A DNA stretch of 41,248 nucleotides from an uncultured Ruminococcus sp. (GCA_902796675.1 CADBQA010000145.1:1-41248); one strand, 5' to 3'. Numbered from the stretch's first letter, positions 8,136 to 16,945 are shown. The notes: generated by a model not told the origin, from the letters alone. Numbers and translations are program-made.

Positions 8136-9446
8136 ATGCGGTCAATGAAGAAAATGTCAGCGAAACTTTTCGCCGCCGTCATGACGCTCATCATCGCCAT
8201 TGTGATCGCCGTTTCCGTGACTTACGCGTGGATGACGCTTTCCACAAGTCCGTCGGTAAGCGGAGCGACGATAAAGATCGGGGGAGGTACTAACATCCTC
8301 CTCGCGCCCGACGTGACAAAGACCATGGACGGCGTTACCGTCCATTATCCCGGCGCGTTCACGGATACCCTCACGTTCGATTCGGAAGCGTACGCGTATC
8401 TTTCCGACCTCGCCGGACTTACTCCCGTATCGACTGCCGACGGCGTCAACTGGTTTTTTCCGAAGTATGACGCTGCGACGGGCGAAATAAAGGATTTCGC
8501 TCTGTTTGACGTCGACGACACGCTCTCAAAGGCGAACGTCACGGGAAACCGTTCCGGCGGTTACGTTTACATCGACTTCTGGGCGGTCGCGCCCGGGTCC
8601 GATTACAAGCTTCGCGTTTCGACCGATACCAAGGCGACGAGAGGCTCGGCGGACAGCGAGTTTTACGACGGCTCGTCACTTCTTGAGATACCTTCCGTGG
8701 TTTCAAACGGCGAGGGCGGATGGCGTCTCGGCGAGACGAAGGGAAATATTGACACGGTCGCCCGCGTGGGATTTCTCGTAAATTCGGGAAGCGCCGAGGC
8801 AAAATCGGTAACCGGATACGTATACAGCGCGGACTACGACGCGAGATTCAAAAAGCTCGTCGGCAGATATCAGGAGCCGGGCGACGCCGCGGCTGTAAAC
8901 GCCGACAATAAGTTTACGATATACGAGCCCAACGGCACGAGACATACAGACGGCGAGCAGGGATGCTACCGCGTTACGAATCCCATCGGATACGACGCTC
9001 TCGGCAATGCTTCTCCGTCAGACGTTTCAGACCGTCTCACCGTTCAGAGCGCAAGCGGATGGAAGCGCGGCGCGGGAGAGGGCAGAATGATAGACGAGGT
9101 GTTCTCCGGCGTCGCCGGTGAAAAGACGGAAGACGAAGCGCGCGAAACGCTTAAGGCTTTCATTGAATCGGAATCGATCAACTATATTCAGACCGGCGTC
9201 TTCTTCCGAAGCACAGAGACTCTCATAAACAACGCGGGAGACGACGGATATCTCCCGGCGGCGGAGGTCGAAAATCTCCTGACGTCGGGTGCAACGGACG
9301 ATGTGTATATAACCGAGCTTGAAAAGAACGCGCCGCAAAGGATAAGGATGTTTATCTGGCTCGAGGGTCAGGATGCCGACTGTGTGGCGTCCGGCGCGGG
9401 AGCGACTTATTTCGCGCTTAATCTTGAGCTTGCCGGGGCAAATTGA
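8136..9446 (+). CDS. Secreted protein with SipW-cognate signal region (TasA/camelysin-like paralog 3)
   Basis: GGGAGGTG ribosome-binding site 7 nt upstream. A hydrophobic core is followed by VTYAWMTLS. FTIYEPN and the C-terminal FIWLEGQDADC...LNLEL are shared with ORF 2464. Confidence 0.8.
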   Translation: MRSMKKMSAKLFAAVMTLIIAIVIAVSVTYAWMTLSTSPSVSGATIKIGGGTNILLAPDVTKTMDGVTVHYPGAFTDTLTFDSEAYAYLSDLAGLTPVSTADGVNWFFPKYDAATGEIKDFALFDVDDTLSKANVTGNRSGGYVYIDFWAVAPGSDYKLRVSTDTKATRGSADSEFYDGSSLLEIPSVVSNGEGGWRLGETKGNIDTVARVGFLVNSGSAEAKSVTGYVYSADYDARFKKLVGRYQEPGDAAAVNADNKFTIYEPNGTRHTDGEQGCYRVTNPIGYDALGNASPSDVSDRLTVQSASGWKRGAGEGRMIDEVFSGVAGEKTEDEARETLKAFIESESINYIQTGVFFRSTETLINNAGDDGYLPAAEVENLLTSGATDDVYITELEKNAPQRIRMFIWLEGQDADCVASGAGATYFALNLELAGAN

Positions 9447-10252
9447 TGAAGAAAAAGACGCACGACAGTGAAGCCGGAAAGGGCTCAAAGTCCTTCAAGG
9501 CATACGTTATATCGACCGTCGTACTCGTTCTTGCCGTTCTGCTGTGCGCCATAGTCACGATACAGACGCTCGTTCAGGGGTACGTCAGTATTTTCGGTTA
9601 CAGCGCGTTTCGCGTCGTGACCGGGAGTATGGAGCCGACGATGTCCGTCGGCGCGGTCCTTCTCTCGAAGGACGTCGACATACACGACGTTGCGGTGGGG
9701 GATATTATCTGCTTCCGTTCGAGGGAGTCGAGCCACTACGGGTCGATAGTCACTCACCGCGTGGTTTCGATAACCGCGTCGGAGGACGGCTCGCCGATGC
9801 TCGAGAGCCGCGGCGACGCGAACTATTCGTCCGATCCGTATTTAGTCGAGGAAAACAACCTCATCGGCAAGGTCATCTGGTATACCGGTAAGGAAGGATT
9901 TTTTAACAAGGTACTTTCATTTATGTCTGGTAAAATCGGTTTTCTCGCCGTCATAGTCATTCCCGTTCTCGTAATAGCGGGTCTGATCCTCCACGGCGTC
10001 GGGCGGAACATCCGCGGGGAGCTTGACGACACGCTCGATATGCTCTCAAGGGAAAATAAGAACTCAAATAAGAATGAAAAGAAGAAGGATCCGTCGCCGG
10101 ACGATCCTTTGCCCGGATATAAGTATCTTACAAGAAGAGACTATAACGAGATCTATGAGGCGCTGCGGCGCGAGATTTGGAAGGAACTAAACTGCAATGT
10201 GGAAGCGAATGAGAGAAAAACTGAATATTCGGGGGAAAACTCTCAGGACTGA
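9446..10252 (+). CDS. Signal peptidase I, ER/archaeal S26B type (SipW-like), second copy
   Basis: The ATG at 9446 overlaps the upstream TGA (TGATG); the track start is a TTG at 9443. Motifs present are VTGSMEPT (catalytic Ser), VTHRVV (His) and a RGDAN box, plus N- and C-terminal TM helices and a short Lys/Asn-rich tail. Confidence 0.85.
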   Translation: MKKKTHDSEAGKGSKSFKAYVISTVVLVLAVLLCAIVTIQTLVQGYVSIFGYSAFRVVTGSMEPTMSVGAVLLSKDVDIHDVAVGDIICFRSRESSHYGSIVTHRVVSITASEDGSPMLESRGDANYSSDPYLVEENNLIGKVIWYTGKEGFFNKVLSFMSGKIGFLAVIVIPVLVIAGLILHGVGRNIRGELDDTLDMLSRENKNSNKNEKKKDPSPDDPLPGYKYLTRRDYNEIYEALRREIWKELNCNVEANERKTEYSGENSQD

Positions 10253-12221
10253 CAGGCAGTCGGAAAACGGGAGCGAGGGCGGCGTCTACGACGAAAAGAT
10301 GCGCCGCGTACGCCGCGTTGTAAGGAGCCAGGCTCTCCTTGCGGGCGGCACTCTGCTCGTCGTTGTGATCCTCATATTCGCGATGACCGCGGCATGGTAT
10401 ACGAACGTTTCGAGAACGTCGACGCTGACGTTCAAAGCGGAGTCGTGGGGCTTTGATCCTGACAACATAACTGTCGGGACCGCGGCTATCGGCGCCGCTC
10501 CCGGCAGATCCGGCATCGTACCGATCGAGATCGACAATTCAAAGTCCGCCGACCCTGTGAAAATTTACGTCAATGTGTCGAAAAGCGAAATGTCGGAGGA
10601 ACTCAAGAGAAGGATCTTTTTCTATGCTGATACGTCGGAGGAGATCTCCGGCGAGATGGTGTCGCGCGTTTACGTCGGCGCTCTCCGGGACGGGGCGTAC
10701 GCGTACGATATCCTCCCAGGGCAGAAGCTCGTGATGTCGGATGATTTTTGCAGCGACGTGCCGCTCAAGTGGAGATGGGTCTACGATATGGAAGGCTATT
10801 ATTTCCGCGGAACGGTGAACAACGTCAGCGCGACGGCGGAGGAGTATATAAGACCCGTCGAATACGATCTTGACCGCGCGACCTTTGAAAAGACGAACGG
10901 CGTTCCGACAGGCGCGCCCGTGACGATATACGGCAAGAGCGTAGCTGAATTTCTCGACGACGTCTCCTCCCGCGACGGATACGAGGGAAGGGTCGACGCG
11001 TCCGACGCCCGCGTGATCGGGTCGTCGAGTTATTATCCCGTGAAAGTCGACGAGAACGGCTCGGGGATCTGGCTCTACCTTTGCAGTTACGCGGAGATAG
11101 ATCAGGGTATCAGTTATGACACGAATCTCGGAGAGAATACCGAGTTTGAAGCGAAAATAACCGTAACGGCGGTCAGCGTACCGTCTGAGGTCAAAAACGT
11201 ATCGTCCGCCGCGGAGCTCGCCTCCGCTTTGAACGATCCCGAGGTCAACTCGGTAAAGCTTTCGTCCGATATCGAGATCCCGTCAGCCGTCACGCTGGCG
11301 GCGGGAGCCGACACGACTCTCGACCTCGGCGGGAATAGGATCACCTACACCGGCGGCGAGACGGAGTATTCGATGATAGTCGCCTCTGAAGGCTCAAAGC
11401 TGAACGTCATCGGCGGCGAGATCGCCGGCAACGGAAATTCGAGCGGCGTCGGCGGAACGGTCGACAGCATAGCCGTCGAATCGGTCGGCGCGGAGGTCTC
11501 TCTCTCCGGCGTCACAGTCTCGGGATTCGACACCGCGGTCTGCGTCTCCGATAACGACGGGACCGGCGCGGACTCGATCCTTCGCCTTACGGATTGCGAG
11601 CTCGATATGCAGAACCTCGGCGTTTTCATAAAGGGCAACGGATCGGCGTCCGAGGCGCATACGACGGTTATTATAGACAACTGCAAAATTAACGGCGAAA
11701 CGTACGCCGGTATTTCCGGACAGGGCGCGACTGACCTCTGGGGCGTCGACCTTGTCGTCAGAAACAGCGAAATATCCGGATATTATACGTCCGTATATCT
11801 TCCCGCGCGCGACACAGGCGCGTATATTAAGGACAGCACGTTATCCGGCATCACCGGAATCGTCGTCAAGGGCGGCACGGTCATAATCGACGGCTGCAGC
11901 GTCACGGGAAACGGAGCGCACGTCGCAGCGGCGGCGTCGGGCGGCGGCTGGACCGACACCGGCGACGGCGTCTACGTCGAGGCGGTATACAACTGGAACG
12001 CTGACGTTACGGTAAAGAACAGTACCGTAAACAGCACGTACGCTTACGCTGTCGAGCTCTTTGGAAAGGCGGGCTCCGGCAGCGGAAGGATAGCCCTCGA
12101 GGGCGGTTCATACGCCGGCGGCGCGGGAGGTGCGAACTGGAACAGTATCGGCACATTCACCGTCAAGGGATGCACGTTTAGCGGGAGCGTCCCGGGCGAC
12201 GTGACGAGACTTGACGGGTGA
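10197..12221 (+). CDS. Secreted protein with divergent SipW-type signal region, TasA-like N-domain and C-terminal parallel beta-helix repeats
   Basis: The n-region MRRVRRVVR plus a hydrophobic core is followed by MTAAWYTNVS. APGRSGIVPIEIDNSKSADPVKIYVNVS resembles the PGD...N.G strand of TasA/camelysin. The C-terminal half carries repeated G-x-V/I-x-I/V-x-N/G-S/C turns (for example GGTVIIDGCSVTGNG and VKNSTVNSTYAYAVEL), typical of a right-handed beta-helix. The start is uncertain: ATG 10197 overlaps the previous gene by 56 nt, and the alternative is ATG 10299. Confidence 0.7.
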   Translation: MWKRMREKLNIRGKTLRTDRQSENGSEGGVYDEKMRRVRRVVRSQALLAGGTLLVVVILIFAMTAAWYTNVSRTSTLTFKAESWGFDPDNITVGTAAIGAAPGRSGIVPIEIDNSKSADPVKIYVNVSKSEMSEELKRRIFFYADTSEEISGEMVSRVYVGALRDGAYAYDILPGQKLVMSDDFCSDVPLKWRWVYDMEGYYFRGTVNNVSATAEEYIRPVEYDLDRATFEKTNGVPTGAPVTIYGKSVAEFLDDVSSRDGYEGRVDASDARVIGSSSYYPVKVDENGSGIWLYLCSYAEIDQGISYDTNLGENTEFEAKITVTAVSVPSEVKNVSSAAELASALNDPEVNSVKLSSDIEIPSAVTLAAGADTTLDLGGNRITYTGGETEYSMIVASEGSKLNVIGGEIAGNGNSSGVGGTVDSIAVESVGAEVSLSGVTVSGFDTAVCVSDNDGTGADSILRLTDCELDMQNLGVFIKGNGSASEAHTTVIIDNCKINGETYAGISGQGATDLWGVDLVVRNSEISGYYTSVYLPARDTGAYIKDSTLSGITGIVVKGGTVIIDGCSVTGNGAHVAAAASGGGWTDTGDGVYVEAVYNWNADVTVKNSTVNSTYAYAVELFGKAGSGSGRIALEGGSYAGGAGGANWNSIGTFTVKGCTFSGSVPGDVTRLDG

Positions 12222-12232
12222 CGGGAGGCGGT

Positions 12233-12823
12233 ATGATGAGCAATCTGAAACGTAAGACCGCGCTTCGCCTCACAATATCCGCCGTTATAATCGTTCTGAC
12301 AGCCCTGTGTCTTATCGGCGTGACAGCGGCGCGCATCAGACAGTCGGCAGAGAGCGAAAAAATCAAATTGAAATATTCATTCGCGTCCGACAGCGTCCAC
12401 ATACAGAAAAACGGAAGCTATTCGCCGCCTGACGGATGGAGCGAAGTTTCGGGCGACAAAACGGAGTACGAGCTCTCGTTCGTTCTCTCAAACGCCGCCG
12501 CGGACGACGACGTCGCAAAGTACAGCCAGACGGCGTACGTCGAGGTCTTCGTTACGGAAGGCGCCGGCGACGGCGTGAGCGTGAAACTCGCGGCGGACGG
12601 CAGAACGGTCGAAGGTTCTTACCGCGAAGCGGAAGAAGGTTCCGCGATATATGAGAAGTACGGCGCGGGGCGTGTTTACGGCTTTGTAAATCCCTCGGGC
12701 GACATGTACACATGGGCGATGCCCGCCGGCAGCGCGGTCTTCGTTCCGATGACGCTGACGGTCTCGGGCGAGGCGGCAAACCCCGCGGCGGTGACAGTCA
12801 TCGCGTGCGGCATCCCCTCATAA
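12233..12823 (+). CDS. Small membrane-anchored or secreted protein, unknown function
   Basis: GGGAGG ribosome-binding site at 12223-12228, with ATG at 12233 or 12236 (the track starts at GTG 12218). N-terminal KRK plus a TM helix (ISAVIIVLTALCLIGVTAA). No recognisable domain. Confidence 0.6.
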   Translation: MMSNLKRKTALRLTISAVIIVLTALCLIGVTAARIRQSAESEKIKLKYSFASDSVHIQKNGSYSPPDGWSEVSGDKTEYELSFVLSNAAADDDVAKYSQTAYVEVFVTEGAGDGVSVKLAADGRTVEGSYREAEEGSAIYEKYGAGRVYGFVNPSGDMYTWAMPAGSAVFVPMTLTVSGEAANPAAVTVIACGIPS

Positions 12824-12854
12824 GTCAGCATCTTTTGCCAAAGGAGGCTCACGG

Positions 12855-13916
12855 TTGAAAAAAAGAATAACGCCGTTTGTCCTCGCGGCGGCGATAATAC
12901 TTATTTGTACAACAGTCTTTGCCGTCGGCTTCGCCGGCGCGAGAACAGCCAATACGGATACCTGGACGGGTAAGATCCTTCCCAAGGAGACGCCCGACGC
13001 ATCGAACGTGTCGAGCGATCTTCTGACAAAGAACGGTCAGTCGGTCCTTCTCAGAAACAGGACGGAGGAGTTCAGCGTGCCGATAAAGCTCACGTCGTCC
13101 GACGGCAAAATCAAGGGCACGTTATCAGCAAACTCGGGCAGCGCGCCGGTCAGTCTGTCTCTTTCCGAGACGTCGCTTTCCCTCGCGGACACCGCGTCAA
13201 AAACGGTGACGCTCACCGTGAGCCCGAAGGACGGTTTTGCGGACGCTGAGGGCGTCACGTTCGGCGTCGAGTGGCGCGGTGAGCACGAAACGCTTCGCGC
13301 GTCTTTCTTTATCGACAACAGAACGGAGAGAGCGGAGTACGATTCGGCGACGATAACGGCGCCGGAGGTTTATCTCAAGGGCGAGCCTTTCTATATCACC
13401 GCAAACGTCAGGGCTACTCTTCGGTTTTCGACGGGAGAGGGCGTACAGGGAGCATTTCCCTCCGGTACGAAGTACAAAGGTGAAGACGGCGGCGAGTGTT
13501 ATCTTTACGACGCCGACTATATAACCGCGGAGCTCGGCGAGACGGCGATCGACTTATCGCGCGCCGAGTACAGCGGAACGGTGCGGATAACCTGCGGGTC
13601 CGTTACGAAATCTCTTACGGCGATAAATCCCATAAAGTCATCGTACACTGACAGGATACTGACGATAGTCGGTGACGCGTCCGTCGACCTCGGTCTTCCT
13701 TATACGTGGGAGGGCATCGCGCCGGAGTTTACGATCGAGCGCCTTTCACACGGCGCGTGGGAGAGCGCGGCAGACGTCACGCTCCGCGACATTTCCGGCA
13801 GAGCGCGTCTCACGACGGACGGCGCCGCGGCGGGCACTTACAGGCTGATTATTTCGTGGTCGGCGTCGGGTCACGTCCTGTACGGCGAAGAGATACCTTT
13901 CTTCGTGATACATTGA
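12855..13916 (+). CDS. Membrane-anchored or secreted protein, unknown function (last gene of the operon)
   Basis: TTG start 7 nt after AAGGAGG. N-terminal KKR plus a TM helix (FVLAAAIILICTTVFAVGFAG). Rich in Ser/Thr and probably beta-rich. Followed by an intrinsic terminator. Confidence 0.65.
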   Translation: MKKRITPFVLAAAIILICTTVFAVGFAGARTANTDTWTGKILPKETPDASNVSSDLLTKNGQSVLLRNRTEEFSVPIKLTSSDGKIKGTLSANSGSAPVSLSLSETSLSLADTASKTVTLTVSPKDGFADAEGVTFGVEWRGEHETLRASFFIDNRTERAEYDSATITAPEVYLKGEPFYITANVRATLRFSTGEGVQGAFPSGTKYKGEDGGECYLYDADYITAELGETAIDLSRAEYSGTVRITCGSVTKSLTAINPIKSSYTDRILTIVGDASVDLGLPYTWEGIAPEFTIERLSHGAWESAADVTLRDISGRARLTTDGAAAGTYRLIISWSASGHVLYGEEIPFFVIH

Positions 13917-13950
13917 AAATCGGAGAGCATATCTCCGATTTTTATTTTTC
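13917..13950 (+). terminator. Rho-independent terminator closing the 13.9-kb operon
   Basis: Stem AAATCGGAGA (13917-13926) pairs with TCTCCGATTT (13932-13941). The loop is 5 nt and the stem is followed by TTATTTTTC. Confidence 0.7.
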
Positions 13951-13983
13951 CCGTTTCCGTTTTGTAACAATTTCGGCGGCGTA

Positions 13984-14012
13984 TTGAATTATTCGAGATA
14001 AAATAGTATAAT
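13984..14012 (+). promoter_or_regulatory. Sigma-A-type promoter for the 14060-20070 operon
   Basis: TTGAAT (13984-13989), a 17-nt spacer, then TATAAT (14007-14012). Confidence 0.6.
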
Positions 14013-14059
14013 AAAACGAGATGAGACCGAAAGATCCATATATTTTCCGGAGATAACCG

Positions 14060-15142
14060 ATGAGAATAGAGATGATAGTCATAACCGGCGCTCCGTGCGC
14101 GGGAAAGACGACGGCGCTCGGCGTCGTAAAGCGTGAGATCGAGGCGCTCGGCTGGAAGGTGCTGACCGTCGCCGAGACCGCGACCGAGCTCAAGAACGGC
14201 GGCGTCACTCCGTGGGAGTGCGCCGGTGGCGTTTTTCAGCGGTGCCGTCTTAAACTTCAGCACGAAAAGGAAGAGGCGTACCTTCGGGCTGCGGCGTCCA
14301 TGGACTGTGAGCGCGTGCTTATAGTTTGCGACCGTGGCGCGCTCGATACGAGGTGTTACGTATCCGCCGAACAGTTTGCCGATGCCGCCGCCTCTCTCGG
14401 CGAGAGCGAGACGTCCCTTCGCGACAGATACGGCGCGGTCTTTCACCTCGTCACGGCGGCGAAGGGCGCGCCCGAGGCGTTCGTTACGGGAGAGGGAACG
14501 GTCAGACGCGAGACGCCCGAGGAGGCGGCGGCGTTCGACGAAAAATCTATCGCCGCCTGGTGCGGACATCCCCACCTCAGAATAATCGGTTGCGAGGAGA
14601 ATTTCGAGGATAAAACGGCTCATCTCTTGAAAGAGATAAAAGCGTATCTCGGCGAGCCGGAACCGTATGAGACGGAGCGCAAATTTCTTGTAAAATATCC
14701 CGACATTACAAAACTTGAAGAATATCCGTTTTGCCGCAAGGTCGAGATAGAGCAGACGTACCTTCGCGCCGAGGGCGCGAGGGTCAGACGGCGCGGCGCA
14801 AACGGCGATCATATTTATTTTCACACCGAAAAGCGGGACGCCGGAGGGATAAAGCGTATCGAGGTCGAGGAGAGGATAACGGAAGAGGAGTACCGCCGAT
14901 ACCTTGAAGATGCCGAAGAAGGGCGCGGAACGGTTAAAAAGGACAGGTATTGCATCGTTTATAAAGAAAAATACTTCGAGCTCGACGTCTACCCCGTTTG
15001 GCGCGACCGCGCCCTGCTCGAGATAGAGCTTGCAAGCGAGGACGAGAAGTTCGAGATACCGGATTTTATCGACGTTATAAGAGAAGTGACGACGGAGGAC
15101 GAATATAAAAATTACAATATAGCAAAGCTTTTTGAGGCTTAA
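14060..15142 (+). CDS. P-loop NTPase/kinase-like domain fused to a CYTH (CyaB/thiamine-triphosphatase-like) domain
   Basis: GGAG ribosome-binding site and Walker A GAPCAGKT at the N-terminus. The C-terminal half opens with ETERKFLV, the ExExK signature of CYTH triphosphate tunnel enzymes. Confidence 0.75.
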   Translation: MRIEMIVITGAPCAGKTTALGVVKREIEALGWKVLTVAETATELKNGGVTPWECAGGVFQRCRLKLQHEKEEAYLRAAASMDCERVLIVCDRGALDTRCYVSAEQFADAAASLGESETSLRDRYGAVFHLVTAAKGAPEAFVTGEGTVRRETPEEAAAFDEKSIAAWCGHPHLRIIGCEENFEDKTAHLLKEIKAYLGEPEPYETERKFLVKYPDITKLEEYPFCRKVEIEQTYLRAEGARVRRRGANGDHIYFHTEKRDAGGIKRIEVEERITEEEYRRYLEDAEEGRGTVKKDRYCIVYKEKYFELDVYPVWRDRALLEIELASEDEKFEIPDFIDVIREVTTEDEYKNYNIAKLFEA

Positions 15143-16945
15143 ATGAAAAGATCGTTACGTTTTGCGGCGTCCCTTGCGGCGTCGCTGATACTTGCGCTTC
15201 TCGTCTTTACCTCCGCGGCTGAGGACGGCGTCACGACCGACGGCGAGGCGTACGAAGAAACGGTCGAAACGCCTGAGGCCGTTCGTGACACGGAGGCGCC
15301 TGAGACGGAGGACGCGACCGAAGCAGATGAGACGCCGGAGGCGGACGGGGAAACTACCGCAGAAGACGCGCCTGAGATCATCCTTTACAAGGCGCCCGCT
15401 TCAAACTCGAAATACGTTCTCTCGCCCGAATTCAAAAAGGCGGAGTTCATCGTCGGTTCCTCGTGGACGGCGCTCCCTCATTCCGGCGACGTCGATCATA
15501 TCGAGGGGTTGAGGCTCACGACGGCGTCATCGTCATACCGGCTCGAATATAGGGTCAAGCCGAGAGGATACGACTGGACCTCTTTGCAGAACAGCGGCAA
15601 GTCGGGCAGCGGCGCCGGACTCGCCGGAGTCCCCGTCACGAATATCGAGATAAAGGTTTACAGCAACGTAAAGAGCGGATACGACAAGACGGACTACGTC
15701 GTTATGTACCGCGCGAAGGCGGGCGGCGTCTGGCTCGGCTGGGTCAGCAACGGGACTGAAGATGTCATGACCGCCGTAAAGAGCGAGTTTTCGCTGGGAG
15801 GCGAGCTCGACGTGTCGGCGACGGACGCCGGTTGGGAGTATTACGGCAATATCACGGCGCTTGAGATCATGGTCTTTCAAAAGAGAAATCATACGGCGGG
15901 CTCATCCGCCGTCCTGATCGACGCGCCTTACATAAATCAGTACGCCTCGTCTTTGCCGAACGGGTGCGAATCTGTCAGCGCGGCGATGGCGCTTCAGCAC
16001 GCGGGGCTGAATATCACGGCGGAGAGCTTCGTCAAAAACTATCTGCCTAAGGGCAGCGCGCCCGTATACGGCGTCGGCGCCGACCCGGCGGAGGTGTACG
16101 TCGGCGACCCGCATCTCACGGACGGAGGCGGCTGGGGATGCTACGCGCCCGTAATAGTCAAGGCGCTGAAAAGCGCGACCGCCGGAAAAGGGTATACCGT
16201 GACAAACCTTACCGGGAGCGAGCTATCCGTGCTCTGCCACGACTTTATCGACCGCGGGGTACCGGTCATCGTCTGGGCGACGACCGGCATGACGGGCAAC
16301 GTCAGTTACTCGTGGTGGCAGACGCCCGGCGGCAAGAGCATAAAGTATAACAACAGACTTCACACGCTCCTTCTCGTCGGGTACGATGCTAACTATTACT
16401 ATTTCAACGACCCGATGACGAGGATAGGGAGCGAAAAGTATTTCGCGTACTCAAAGAGCGAGACGGCGACGGCGTACGCGACCCTCGGCAAGGGCGCCGT
16501 CGCGGTTGAAAAAACGTACTGCAAGTCAATAAAGGTGACGTCTCCTCCGGCGCGCACCGTATACGTCGCGGGGGATGAGATAGATCTTACCGGGATCGCG
16601 GCGACGGCGTATTTCAGCGACGGCACGAGCGCGAGGGTGACAAGCCTCACGCCCTCGGAAAGCACGGCGAAACAGGGCGCGACGTCCGTCACGGTGCTTT
16701 ATACGAAGGACGGCGTGACGGTGTCATCGGAGGTCCCTGTAAAGGTTTACGATAAAATCGTCGGCGACGCGAACGGCGATGGCGACGTGACGGCGAAGGA
16801 CGTCCTTCTTTGCAGACGGATCATCGCCGGACTTGAAGATATTTCATCCGCGCTTCTCTCGAACGCGGACTGCAACGGTGACGGCGACGTGACGGCGAAG
16901 GACGTGCTTATAATCAGGCGTATCGTCGTCGGTCTCGACGTATAA
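15143..16945 (+). CDS. Secreted C39-like (papain-fold) cysteine peptidase domain protein with Ig-like domain and C-terminal type I dockerin
   Basis: The ATG directly abuts the upstream TAA. Signal peptide followed by an acidic linker. Candidate catalytic Cys in PNGCESVSAAMAL and His in HTLLLVGYD. An Ig-like segment follows (VTSPPARTVYVAGDEIDLTG). Two dockerin Ca-binding repeats are present: GDANGDGDVTAKDVLLCRRIIAG and DCNGDGDVTAKDVLIIRRIVVG. Confidence 0.7.
   Translation: MKRSLRFAASLAASLILALLVFTSAAEDGVTTDGEAYEETVETPEAVRDTEAPETEDATEADETPEADGETTAEDAPEIILYKAPASNSKYVLSPEFKKAEFIVGSSWTALPHSGDVDHIEGLRLTTASSSYRLEYRVKPRGYDWTSLQNSGKSGSGAGLAGVPVTNIEIKVYSNVKSGYDKTDYVVMYRAKAGGVWLGWVSNGTEDVMTAVKSEFSLGGELDVSATDAGWEYYGNITALEIMVFQKRNHTAGSSAVLIDAPYINQYASSLPNGCESVSAAMALQHAGLNITAESFVKNYLPKGSAPVYGVGADPAEVYVGDPHLTDGGGWGCYAPVIVKALKSATAGKGYTVTNLTGSELSVLCHDFIDRGVPVIVWATTGMTGNVSYSWWQTPGGKSIKYNNRLHTLLLVGYDANYYYFNDPMTRIGSEKYFAYSKSETATAYATLGKGAVAVEKTYCKSIKVTSPPARTVYVAGDEIDLTGIAATAYFSDGTSARVTSLTPSESTAKQGATSVTVLYTKDGVTVSSEVPVKVYDKIVGDANGDGDVTAKDVLLCRRIIAGLEDISSALLSNADCNGDGDVTAKDVLIIRRIVVGLDV

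Noticed and set aside
13871-14824. 317-aa minus-strand ORF overlapping the P-loop/CYTH gene and the upstream intergenic region.
   Set aside because: Arg-rich nonsense composition. It crosses a strong plus-strand promoter and terminator, and the opposite strand carries Walker A and ExExK motifs.
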